A stretch of 64,000 bases of DNA, taken from the NCBI GenBank assembly GCA_016933335.1, contig JAFGBD010000037.1, forward strand, positions 9,695-73,694, written 5' to 3'. Made by a program: the position numbers and the translations under genes. Origin of the DNA: Bacteroidales bacterium (GTDB lineage: Bacteria; Bacteroidota; Bacteroidia; Bacteroidales; UBA10428). Below the pieces are notes generated by a model. It searched no databases. It worked only from the letters and a program-made list of their open reading frames with translations, and had not been told where the DNA came from. Shown here in pieces: positions 51,101 to 59,203 of the stretch (within the stretch, counting starts at the first letter, position 1; every line of letters begins with the position of its first letter).

Positions 51101-51228
51101 TCAATTTTCGCAATCCTGAATGAATATTCACCGGTCTGATGACTTTCTCCCGGTGTGAACCGAATAAAGGCACCAAGCAGTAACATCCCGGAGAAATAAA
51201 TAAATATCCGCAGAAGAATATTTTTCAT
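48151..51228 (-). CDS. Fusion protein: GH3 beta-N-acetylhexosaminidase (NagZ-like) domain + serine beta-lactamase/PBP-fold hydrolase domain
   Basis: 1025 aa with a signal peptide. The N-terminal half has the GH3 block KHFPGHGDTDTDSH. The C-terminal half has SxxK (LASITK), plus YRYSDLGF and GHTGFTG blocks of class C beta-lactamase-fold hydrolases. Confidence 0.85.
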   Translation of the reverse strand: MKNILLRIFIYFSGMLLLGAFIRFTPGESHQTGEYSFRIAKIDPPFLRSMEEEWVDSVFNSLTEEERIAQLFMIDVYPRHGESHFREIETLIHKYNIGGIILFQGAPAQTARLTNRLQRIARTPLLTAMDAEWGLNMRTDSTVKYPKQMMLGAIQDDRLLFDMGYHIAGQLKRMGIYVNFAPVADVNNNPGNPVINIRSFGEDRSDVAKKSILYMAGMQENNVLAVAKHFPGHGDTDTDSHVSLPVISHDRHRLDSIELFPFKQLINSGAGGIMMAHLNVPALDDQKNLPTSLSSHIVDSILKKEMHFMGIVFTDAMNMGAVSEHYRPSDANLKAIMAGIDMLLMPDEISKTISLIKREIRRGNISHEELCKRCKKILAAKYWAGLNNYEPVSLNNLTAELNSPEYFLHRQKLVEASLTLLENKNELIPLKRLDTLRVASVTIGGNSNNEFHETLEKYIPVKSYHLPYAAGENDIKEIMASLEGFNLIMVSIQGTDMRAGKKYGIPHFATDFVDSIVQTGNVILNLSANPYSLSYFRNLKRTSGLILSYEDNELTRSLSAQLIFGVIPAKGLLPVTASKEYPVRSGIMSGTVRRLKYSTPAEAGIDEDYLGKIDSIALNAIAMQSTPGCQILAARKGIVFYQKSFGYHTYHREKPVQNTDLYDLASITKIAATMPAVMKLKEQHLLDIDKKISAYLTYLDTTNKKDITIKDILLHQSRLKAWIPFYIKTLEPLYPGQNFASYRFSESYPIKISNNYYVNKHLKYIDNYYSDHFSDGFPVKVAEGLYMNKTLLDTIWSDIALSELNGNEGYRYSDLGFYVLYKIIEDLLNKRFEDYLDSAFYRTMGAWSLCFNPLNRFDKTTITPTENDLVFRRQLIHGYVHDMGAAMLGGVCGHAGLFSNANDLAKIMQMLLSGGEYGGIRYLDKETIEYFTRCPDCKNGNRRGLGFDKPEPDSTKNGPSSRLASLKSFGHTGFTGTMAWVDPEQELIYVFLSNRIYPEITNSRLVDYDVRTKIQDVIYAAIKDE

Positions 51229-51388
51229 ACCATCAGCTCTTTGATATTCTGAAAGATTTATTTATGTATTTACTGTTTTTATGCAATCCGGGTTACAGTT
51301 AGTTCCGGATATTTATAAAAATAGCTTCCGGGCATGTTTTTTAAAAAGAAAGTTTTCAACACCAGCCACAGATTGCAGAGTGATGATG

Positions 51389-51604
51389 TCAGAACCATGA
51401 ACCTCTTTTCTGATAGAGTGATATAAAACCTTCGATGCTCCGGTCGTAGCTTTTTTCGTAATCGTCGGGAAAATAACAGGCAGGCAGTTCACCCATCTGG
51501 CGGTGATATTGAAGGCAATCGCAACAGATGCCTTTCCTGCTGCAGGGGTAAGAACAGTTACAAAAGTCGGTGTTTCTTGATTTCTTGCATTCCATTCCGG
51601 TCAT
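51389..51604 (-). CDS. Small cysteine-rich protein (DUF6485-like)
   Basis: 71 aa with 8 Cys in 34 residues ([38 protein letters not shown]). Begins 3 nt after the upstream peptidase gene ends. Confidence 0.55.
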   Translation of the reverse strand: MTGMECKKSRNTDFCNCSYPCSRKGICCDCLQYHRQMGELPACYFPDDYEKSYDRSIEGFISLYQKRGSWF

Positions 51605-51607
51605 GTA

Positions 51608-52816
51608 TTATTTTTTTATCAAATTGATTTTCATAGAAATATGTTCCGGCAGGGCATGTTTGTTAACCATGATTGTTATGGTCTTGAACCTGAGGTAAGA
51701 TTCGGAAACATACATGTAACCGTGATACGGATTACCGGTACCCCAGGAGTTCTTTACATAATAGAATTTCTTACCGGTCTGGTCACGGGCGATGCCTGTT
51801 ATGTGCATTCCATGATCATCCGTTGTGCTATAATTTTCAAATTCCTCCTGCCTGATTGTTTCATTCACCTGTTTTTCTCTTCCCGGATGATTCAGGGCTG
51901 CGGGAACAACATCTTCTTTACCGGGAGCAGGATTACTGTTATCAGATATATCGGAATATCCTTCAATATCGTTCACCGGATTGATGGCTACTCCGCTTTT
52001 AAATGAAAAGCCGTTTTCAGTGTTATCAGTTGCCCATTGCACCGTATACCCGTTCATGATGGAAGAATCAATTACCTGGACCAGCTCATCCAGTGGCAGA
52101 TTGTACACCTTACCCCACGACCAGTTATCAGGTAGTTCAATGATGAAATCTGAATAAAAAGGGTGATGTGTAAAAGATGTCAGTATGATATAATCGTTCA
52201 TGTTCAAACCGAGCTCTTCTGCAAAAGAAGCCGGGGTATATTCTTTATCAGAACAGGCAAAAGTATCCGGTACTTCACCAAGATATGCATCCAGCAATTT
52301 ACAGAAACCATCAAACCATACCGGGCTCAATTCACCATCCTTGTTCCTTATAACTGCATCCACACAAGCTTTCAATACTTCATCCATCTCTCCGTGGATA
52401 TGCATTTTTTCGTCAGCTTTCATGCCCGGATACACATCTTCAGGTACGATCCCCGTCCTTTTTATAATCCTGGTTACGTCATTGGCTTCACTTCCACCGC
52501 TGAAGTTCATCTTTCCGTGCATAAGGACATATTTGGCAGCCTTTTCCATATAAACCTGACGCACAACAAACATTTCCGAAAGATCAGTCTCACCCTTACC
52601 GGTACGGAGTAATTCAGATTCAATGAATGACAGTGTGGAAAAACTCCAGCATGTACTTGATCTGGACTGGTTCTTAACCGGTGTGGCTGCCAGTTTTTTA
52701 ATTATTTCAAACTGATAACCGTTGGATGATACCTGGGCTGATATTTTATGAACGGTCTGGGATAAAACTGCTGAAACCATCAGCAGGAACAATCTTATGG
52801 CGACAGGATTTTTCAT
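51608..52816 (-). CDS. C1-family cysteine peptidase (aminopeptidase C / bleomycin hydrolase-like), exported
   Basis: 402 aa with a signal peptide. Catalytic Cys context QSRSSTCWSFS, plus a late His/Asn region (DHGMHITG...VKNSWG). Confidence 0.85.
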   Translation of the reverse strand: MKNPVAIRLFLLMVSAVLSQTVHKISAQVSSNGYQFEIIKKLAATPVKNQSRSSTCWSFSTLSFIESELLRTGKGETDLSEMFVVRQVYMEKAAKYVLMHGKMNFSGGSEANDVTRIIKRTGIVPEDVYPGMKADEKMHIHGEMDEVLKACVDAVIRNKDGELSPVWFDGFCKLLDAYLGEVPDTFACSDKEYTPASFAEELGLNMNDYIILTSFTHHPFYSDFIIELPDNWSWGKVYNLPLDELVQVIDSSIMNGYTVQWATDNTENGFSFKSGVAINPVNDIEGYSDISDNSNPAPGKEDVVPAALNHPGREKQVNETIRQEEFENYSTTDDHGMHITGIARDQTGKKFYYVKNSWGTGNPYHGYMYVSESYLRFKTITIMVNKHALPEHISMKINLIKK

Positions 52817-53045
52817 ATTGGGTGATATGTTTATTCTGCTTTTAAATTTGATTATTTTTTTTCAAACAACAATGAAAAATAATATACTGATCAGACCTGT
52901 CGGATGAAGTCTGCCTGAAAAATCCGTGACCGTGCCCCAATCAGGGGTATTAATCCATTGCTTTGAGTAACTGCCTGCATGATACCTGAAAGAGGCCGGG
53001 ACAGGCTCCGGGATCAATTAAATGAATTTTTATTATATTCAACGA

Positions 53046-53053
53046 TATTTTTG
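53046..53053 (+). promoter_or_regulatory. Candidate -7 box (TATTTTTG) for galK
   Basis: Exact TAnnTTTG, 44 nt upstream of the ATG at 53097. Confidence 0.4.
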
Positions 53054-53096
53054 GATACATTTGTTTTTTCAATCATAAACAAACCGCGTATTTTAT

Positions 53097-54266
53097 ATGA
53101 ATCTTGAACAGCTTAAAGGGCAATTTATAAAGCTTTATGGCAGGAAACCAGAAAAGATATTTGGCTATTTTTCACCTGGCCGAGTGAATTTAATTGGTGA
53201 ACATACCGATTATAACGGAGGTTACGTTTTTCCGTGTGCCTTGAGTTACGGTACCTGTTTATTTATCAGGAAAACAAATGATCATCAGATTAAATTTGCT
53301 TCTGCCAATTTTGATTTTACGGCAGTCATCAGGCTAACGGATATCAAACAAAAACAGAATGATCACTGGATTAATTACCCGATGGGGGTATTGAATGAAT
53401 TTATAAAGCTGGGAATAAGACTTACAGGCATGGAATTGCTTTTTTCAGGCAATGTTCCAAACGGAGCCGGTTTGTCTTCGTCAGCATCCATTGAGGTTGT
53501 CACTGCCATAGCAATCAATGAATTATATGAAGCAGGATTAAACAGGGTTGAGCTGGCAAAACTGGGTCAGCGCGCCGAGAATCTTTTTGTTGGGGTGAAT
53601 TGTGGTATCATGGACCAGTTTGCCTCAGCAATGGGAAAGAAAGATTCGGCAATTTTCCTGAACTGTGACACCCTGGAATATGAACTTGTTCCGGTGGTGA
53701 TGAATGGTTATAGGCTGGTTATTTCCAATACCAATAAGCGAAGGGGACTGGCTGACTCAAAATATAATGAACGCAGGGGCGAATGTGAAAAGGCAGTGGA
53801 ATATATCAGCAGCAAAAAAAGAATACAGAATCTCGGAGAACTGTCTTTTGATGAATTTAAAGGATTAAAAGACACCATCACAAAGGAGAATATCCTGAAA
53901 AGGGCCAGGCATGTCATTACTGAAATCCAGCGCACAAAGGATGCTGTCAGCGCGCTTAAATCGGGCAACCTGAAAAAATTCGGAGTGCTGATGAATGGCT
54001 CCCATGACTCACTCCGTGATGATTATGAGGTTACAGGCATTGAACTTGATACCCTGGTTGAAGAAGCCAGAAAAGTTGAGGGTGTGATCGGATCAAGGAT
54101 GACGGGTGCCGGATTTGGGGGATGCACGGTTAGCCTCGTTGCGGAGAGCGCTATCGATGAATTTATTGACAAAGTAGGCAGAAATTACCATACCAGAACC
54201 GGTTTAAAAGCAGACTTCTACACTGCTGATATCGGGGACGGAGCCAGAAAGCTGGGTGAATACTGA
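53097..54266 (+). CDS. galK: Galactokinase
   Basis: Galactokinase signature GRVNLIGEHTDYNGG and the GHMP ATP motif PNGAGLSSSAS. Confidence 0.95.
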   Translation: MNLEQLKGQFIKLYGRKPEKIFGYFSPGRVNLIGEHTDYNGGYVFPCALSYGTCLFIRKTNDHQIKFASANFDFTAVIRLTDIKQKQNDHWINYPMGVLNEFIKLGIRLTGMELLFSGNVPNGAGLSSSASIEVVTAIAINELYEAGLNRVELAKLGQRAENLFVGVNCGIMDQFASAMGKKDSAIFLNCDTLEYELVPVVMNGYRLVISNTNKRRGLADSKYNERRGECEKAVEYISSKKRIQNLGELSFDEFKGLKDTITKENILKRARHVITEIQRTKDAVSALKSGNLKKFGVLMNGSHDSLRDDYEVTGIELDTLVEEARKVEGVIGSRMTGAGFGGCTVSLVAESAIDEFIDKVGRNYHTRTGLKADFYTADIGDGARKLGEY

Positions 54267-54350
54267 ATGGACGTTTAATCCGAACCACGTTAACAATATC
54301 TGCGAAATCAGATCTTCATCAGTTAATAAACTTTATAGACGTTTTATCAT

Positions 54351-54379
54351 AAAAAAACCGGATTGTCAATCCGGTTTTT
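54351..54379. terminator. Bidirectional intrinsic terminator between convergent galK and the DHOD-like gene
   Basis: AAAAAAA-CCGGATT-GTC-AATCCGG-TTTTT. A perfect 8-bp stem (ACCGGATT/AATCCGGT) flanked by an A-run and a T-run. Confidence 0.8.
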
Positions 54380-54385
54380 CCTGTA

Positions 54386-55399
54386 TTATTTCGCAGGATA
54401 TTTTTTGAAAATCTCATCCGATTTTATCAGCAGATCAATGTATTGTGCACGCTTGTATACGAACGGATCATTGATATTCTTATTGGATAATTTTCCTTTG
54501 AAATCGGTGATTTGCCGGTAGCCTTTTTTATCCATCCATTTTTGAATGTCAGCGATCATGGTTGCTATATAATCTGCTTTATTCTTGTAAACGGTACTGA
54601 CAACCTGGACACAATCAGCACCTGCCAGAATCATCCTGATCACATCACCACCTGTGAAGATACCTGTGTTACTGCAAATATTTGCCCTGATTGTTCCGTA
54701 CAGCAAACCTGCAAAACGCAGTGCCAGCCTGTTATCTTCAGGATGGCTGATACCGTAAGGTGTGTAATGCTCTTCTTTTTCAATATCGATGTCTGGCTGG
54801 AACAGTCTGTTAAAGAGAACAAAACCGTCAACCCCTGCTTGATCCATTTTTCCGATGATATTTAACGGATTTGCATAGAAAGGGCTTAGTTTGACACTAA
54901 CCGGAAGCTTCACTACTGATCTGACAGCTTTTAAAATATCCATCTGATTTTCGTTAATTTCACTTCCGCCCATTTGCATATCCCTTGGTACAGCATAGAA
55001 ATTCAGCTCAATGGCATCCACACCGGTCTGTTCAATCAGCCTGGAATACTCAATCCATGTTTCCTTAAAAATCGCATTTATACTGGCAATGACAGGAATG
55101 CCGACACTTTCCTTAACCTTTCTGAGGTTTAACAGATGTTCTTCCGGACCGGCATGCTGCAGATTTGGAAATAAACTGATCATCTCCGCATGCCTTTCAG
55201 AATATTCATCCAGCGCATCATCCAGCTGCGCAGTTTCAAGCTGAATCTGTTCTTCAAACAGGGATTTATAGACCACTGCACTGATTCCGGCCTGCTCTGC
55301 CTTTTTAATATTGTCAATATTTGTCACGAGGTTACTGGCCCCAAGTATAACCGGATTTTTCAGTTCCATTCCAAGGTATTTCGTCTTTAAGTCAGCCAT
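54386..55399 (-). CDS. Dihydroorotate dehydrogenase-like flavoprotein (class 1 DHOD/DPD fold)
   Basis: 337 aa TIM-barrel pattern (LKNPVILGASNL...AIELNFY...LSPF...GFVLFNR...GGD). The exact substrate is not determinable from sequence. Confidence 0.8.
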   Translation of the reverse strand: MADLKTKYLGMELKNPVILGASNLVTNIDNIKKAEQAGISAVVYKSLFEEQIQLETAQLDDALDEYSERHAEMISLFPNLQHAGPEEHLLNLRKVKESVGIPVIASINAIFKETWIEYSRLIEQTGVDAIELNFYAVPRDMQMGGSEINENQMDILKAVRSVVKLPVSVKLSPFYANPLNIIGKMDQAGVDGFVLFNRLFQPDIDIEKEEHYTPYGISHPEDNRLALRFAGLLYGTIRANICSNTGIFTGGDVIRMILAGADCVQVVSTVYKNKADYIATMIADIQKWMDKKGYRQITDFKGKLSNKNINDPFVYKRAQYIDLLIKSDEIFKKYPAK

Positions 55400-55454
55400 T
55401 TTTCTTGTTTTAATGATTATTGAATCGTATATATGTTCTATGATAAAAGAATGA

Positions 55455-55462
55455 CAAAGTTA
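55455..55462 (-). promoter_or_regulatory. Candidate -7 box (TAACTTTG on the minus strand) for the DHOD-like gene
   Basis: The plus strand reads CAAAGTTA, 56 nt upstream of the ATG at 55399. Confidence 0.35.
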
Positions 55463-55654
55463 TCAATTAATCTTTAAAAACATCTTACTGTTAGAATTTC
55501 CGTCATTGCAATTATTTTGAGTCAGACGATTTATTGTCATATCCCTTTCTTCTGTATATTTTTAATTAATTTCAACTGTTTTAGCATTTAATCATACTGT
55601 CAAACCCGGCTTTTTTTATATATTTAAGCTCCTGATATCATTAAAACAGGTTAA

Positions 55655-57820
55655 ATGCAATTTTACAGGCAACTGCGGTCTCATCCGTTTACCAGGCTGC
55701 TTATTTCCTTGGTTTCGGGCATTATTGCAGGTATTTACTGCCATCCGGATATTTATTTAACCGGTTTTATATTATTAATTCTGACTACTGTTGCTTTCTT
55801 GACACATGAGTTCAACCGGAGTTACAGGTTAAGGTGGGTTTTCGGTATTGTGATCAGTTCATTCCTGTTCTTAACAGGACTTATGACAGTGAATTTACAT
55901 GATGCAAAGAATGAAACTGCAAGGCAGCTGTCAGGAAGGAGACTGACCTTTGAGGCAGTCGTAAAAGGAGATCTGATCCGGCAGAGGAAGACTGTCCGTA
56001 CCACAATCCTGGTCAAAAAAATCCATGGAGATACCATTATGACCGGAAGAATCAAAGCAGTGGCATATTTCAGTAAATCCCGCATGACAGAGGAGCTGCA
56101 GACAGGAGATGTACTGAGGGTTTGTGCTGTTTTGAATGAAATAGGGGAACCCCGGAATCCATATGAATTCAATTACAAAAGATGGATGCAGAGACGTGGA
56201 TTTGTGCTTACAACTTATTTGTCCGGTGACTGCTGGCAAAAAGTCGGGACGGGAAAGGGATTAAGGACATATTTATCAGAACTGAGACACAAGATAACCG
56301 GTATATATAAAGAATCGGGCATTGGCAACGATGAGCTGGCAGTACTGTCTGCCCTGACCCTGGGAATCAGAGAGAGCCTTCCGGCAGAGATCGAGAGATC
56401 CTTTGCGGTTTCAGGTGCCATGCATGTTCTTGCAGTTTCAGGCCTGCATGTGGGTATTGTCTTTCTGATATTAAATGTGATTTTATCATTTGCGCGAAAA
56501 TTCAGATACGGCAGGTATATAAGACTGGTGGTGATTGTTTTGTTCCTTTGGTTCTTCGCCTTTCTCACGGGGATGAGGCCATCCGTTGTCAGGGCTGTAT
56601 TTATGTTTTCGGTCATACAGGCAGGCAGAAGCCTGAAAAAGCCCCCTGACATCTATAACACCATTTGCCTTTCGGCATTTTGCCTGTTGCTGGCAGATCC
56701 GTATCAGCTGTTTGATGTTGGTTTTCAATTATCATATCTGGCGGTAACCGGAGTTGTATTTTTTCAGCCTAAAATATACAGGCTGGTATATTTCAGGAAT
56801 CCGATCATTGACAGGATCTGGCAGTTATTTACTGTTTCGGTTGCAGCACAGCTCATAACAGCTCCTCTGACCATATACTATTTTCATTATTTTCCGGTGT
56901 ATTTCTGGCTTACAAATCTCTTTGTCATTTTGCTGACAGGACTGATTCTTTATGCGGCAGTTCTTCAGATTTCAGTCTTTTTGGTCCATCTGCCTTATCT
57001 GTTTACCGGAAAGATTTTAAACTTCTTTCTAAGACTGTTAAACGGATTGACCTGTCAGATTCATGGTTTGCCATATTCATTGATTGATAATATCAACATT
57101 TCACTTTATGAAACAATATTATGCTATGCTTTTGTGATATCGGTTACCATATACATATTAAAACGAAATAAGAAAGCATTGATATGTTCATTAATTGTAA
57201 TTCTTATGATGTCTGTTTATGGGACTGTTTTCAGATATAAGACTGAAACACAGGAAAGGTTAGTGGTTTTCGATATCAGCAGTCATTCGCTGGTTGGATT
57301 GGTCAGCGGGAGAGAAATTGTTTTTCTGTCAGACATACCTGGTTTTCCCGTATGTGATGACTCATTCCATGTTAAGAATTACCTCCTGAAAAGGGGAATA
57401 GGAAAAATCTCGCATGTCAGCAGCATCTCTGAACTGCCTGATACTGATTCCCATGCAGGATTATCTATCGAACATGCCGGTGTCAATATTATTTTTGAGA
57501 CGGTCAGTTTCAGGGGGATACTACTGAAAGATCTCAGCGTTTTTCAAAGGAGATCAGCCGAAAAGCTAAAACTTGACTGTATCATCCTTTCTCAAAATGC
57601 AGATGTCACTTTAGAACAGCTCAAAACCAGGTTTCTGTTTAAAAAGGTTATTCTGGATTCTTCGAACAGATACTATTACAGGAAAAAATGGTTGAATATG
57701 GATCACACGGATGAAATTACTGTTCATTCGGTTGCTGAGCATAAGGCATTTGAAATGAAAACCGGATGTAAAATCAACAAAAAAAGTACCGAAAGTCCTA
57801 GATTATTCGTTAGATTATGA
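55655..57820 (+). CDS. comEC: ComEC/Rec2 family DNA-uptake channel protein
   Basis: 721 aa. N-terminal OB/DUF4131 region, then the competence domain (FAVSGAMHVLAVSGLHVG...MRPSVVRA). The C-terminal ~220 aa lacks an obvious HxHxDH motif. Confidence 0.85.
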   Translation: MQFYRQLRSHPFTRLLISLVSGIIAGIYCHPDIYLTGFILLILTTVAFLTHEFNRSYRLRWVFGIVISSFLFLTGLMTVNLHDAKNETARQLSGRRLTFEAVVKGDLIRQRKTVRTTILVKKIHGDTIMTGRIKAVAYFSKSRMTEELQTGDVLRVCAVLNEIGEPRNPYEFNYKRWMQRRGFVLTTYLSGDCWQKVGTGKGLRTYLSELRHKITGIYKESGIGNDELAVLSALTLGIRESLPAEIERSFAVSGAMHVLAVSGLHVGIVFLILNVILSFARKFRYGRYIRLVVIVLFLWFFAFLTGMRPSVVRAVFMFSVIQAGRSLKKPPDIYNTICLSAFCLLLADPYQLFDVGFQLSYLAVTGVVFFQPKIYRLVYFRNPIIDRIWQLFTVSVAAQLITAPLTIYYFHYFPVYFWLTNLFVILLTGLILYAAVLQISVFLVHLPYLFTGKILNFFLRLLNGLTCQIHGLPYSLIDNINISLYETILCYAFVISVTIYILKRNKKALICSLIVILMMSVYGTVFRYKTETQERLVVFDISSHSLVGLVSGREIVFLSDIPGFPVCDDSFHVKNYLLKRGIGKISHVSSISELPDTDSHAGLSIEHAGVNIIFETVSFRGILLKDLSVFQRRSAEKLKLDCIILSQNADVTLEQLKTRFLFKKVILDSSNRYYYRKKWLNMDHTDEITVHSVAEHKAFEMKTGCKINKKSTESPRLFVRL

Positions 57821-57856
57821 CTTATTTTGTCATTGATTTTTTTATCAGAGGCAAAT

Positions 57857-59197
57857 ATGCGGATAATCATTGCAGGAGCTGGCGAGGTGGGATCTCACCT
57901 GGCAAAAATGTTAAGTCAGGAAAAACATGATATCATCCTGATAGACCCTGATGAGGAAAAACTAAAGCAGCTTTCGGCAAGCCTGGATGTTATGACACGG
58001 TCAGGCTCATCCACTTCAATCAGCTTACTGATTGACTGTGATATCAGACGGGTTGATTTGCTGATTGCGGTTGCCACATCGGAAGAAACCAATATCACAA
58101 CATCGATACTCGGGAAAAAGCTGGGGGCGAAAAAAACAATTGCCAGAATTGACAATCAGGAATACCTCTTTCCCAAATATGTTGATTATTTTACAAGTCT
58201 GGGAGTTGATTACATGATTTATCCTGAAAAAATAGCATCACGCGAGGTGGTTGGATTACTTGAACAGACCGGAAGCACTGATTTGGTTAGTTTTGATGGA
58301 GGGAAGCTGACTCTTTTTGCCATAAAGCTGGAAGAAGATGCACCAATCATCAACAAAACGCTTCTTGAGACAGCAAAAAAGCTAAAGAATCAGGATTACA
58401 GGGCAGTTGCCATTACCAGAAGCGGAAAGACAATTATCCCCAGGGGTGACGACTTTTTTCTTGCAAATGATATCATTTATGTGATCAGCAACCAGGAAGG
58501 GATCAGAGATTTGATGGAATACTCGGGAAAGGAACAGATCGACATCAATAACATCATGATACTTGGCGGAAGCCGGATAGGAATGTTAACTGCAAAGGAA
58601 ATCGGGAATCATCATAATGTAAAACTGATCGAACTTGACCGTGAAAAGAGTTACAGGCTCTCCAATTATCTCAACAATACACTGGTAATCAATGGCGACG
58701 GGAGAGATATGAACCTGCTTATTGAAGAAGGATTGAAAAACATGGATGCCTTTATCGCGGTTACAGGTGATTCGGAAACAAACATTTTATCCAGCGTTCT
58801 GGCAAACAGGCTGGGCGTAAAGAAGACCATTGCCGAGGTAGAAAACATAGACTATATAGCTCTTGCTGAGAACATGGGTATTGATACCATCATTAATAAG
58901 AAGATCATTACTGCAAGCCGGATCTTCCGGTTCACAACAAGTGAATCTGTTTCTTCTGTCAAATGCCTGACCGGTACAGAAGCTGAGGTAATGGAGTATA
59001 TTGCAAAACCGGATTCGAAAATAGTTAAAGCCCCTCTTAATCAAATGGGATTTCCAAAAGACTCAATAATTGGTGGTATTATCAGGCAAAACAACAGTTT
59101 TATTGCAAATGGCTATACCATTGTACAACCTGGTGACAGGGTAGTGGTTTTTGCTTTGCCTTCTGCTATCAATAAGGTCGGTAAATTCTTCAATTAG
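57857..59197 (+). CDS. trkA: Trk potassium uptake system NAD-binding subunit TrkA
   Basis: Two RCK units. The first Rossmann motif is MRIIIAGAGEVGSHLA and the second is IMILGGSRIGMLTA. ATG at 57857 is preferred over 57827. Confidence 0.92.
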   Translation: MRIIIAGAGEVGSHLAKMLSQEKHDIILIDPDEEKLKQLSASLDVMTRSGSSTSISLLIDCDIRRVDLLIAVATSEETNITTSILGKKLGAKKTIARIDNQEYLFPKYVDYFTSLGVDYMIYPEKIASREVVGLLEQTGSTDLVSFDGGKLTLFAIKLEEDAPIINKTLLETAKKLKNQDYRAVAITRSGKTIIPRGDDFFLANDIIYVISNQEGIRDLMEYSGKEQIDINNIMILGGSRIGMLTAKEIGNHHNVKLIELDREKSYRLSNYLNNTLVINGDGRDMNLLIEEGLKNMDAFIAVTGDSETNILSSVLANRLGVKKTIAEVENIDYIALAENMGIDTIINKKIITASRIFRFTTSESVSSVKCLTGTEAEVMEYIAKPDSKIVKAPLNQMGFPKDSIIGGIIRQNNSFIANGYTIVQPGDRVVVFALPSAINKVGKFFN

Positions 59198-59203
59198 TTA
59201 TTC

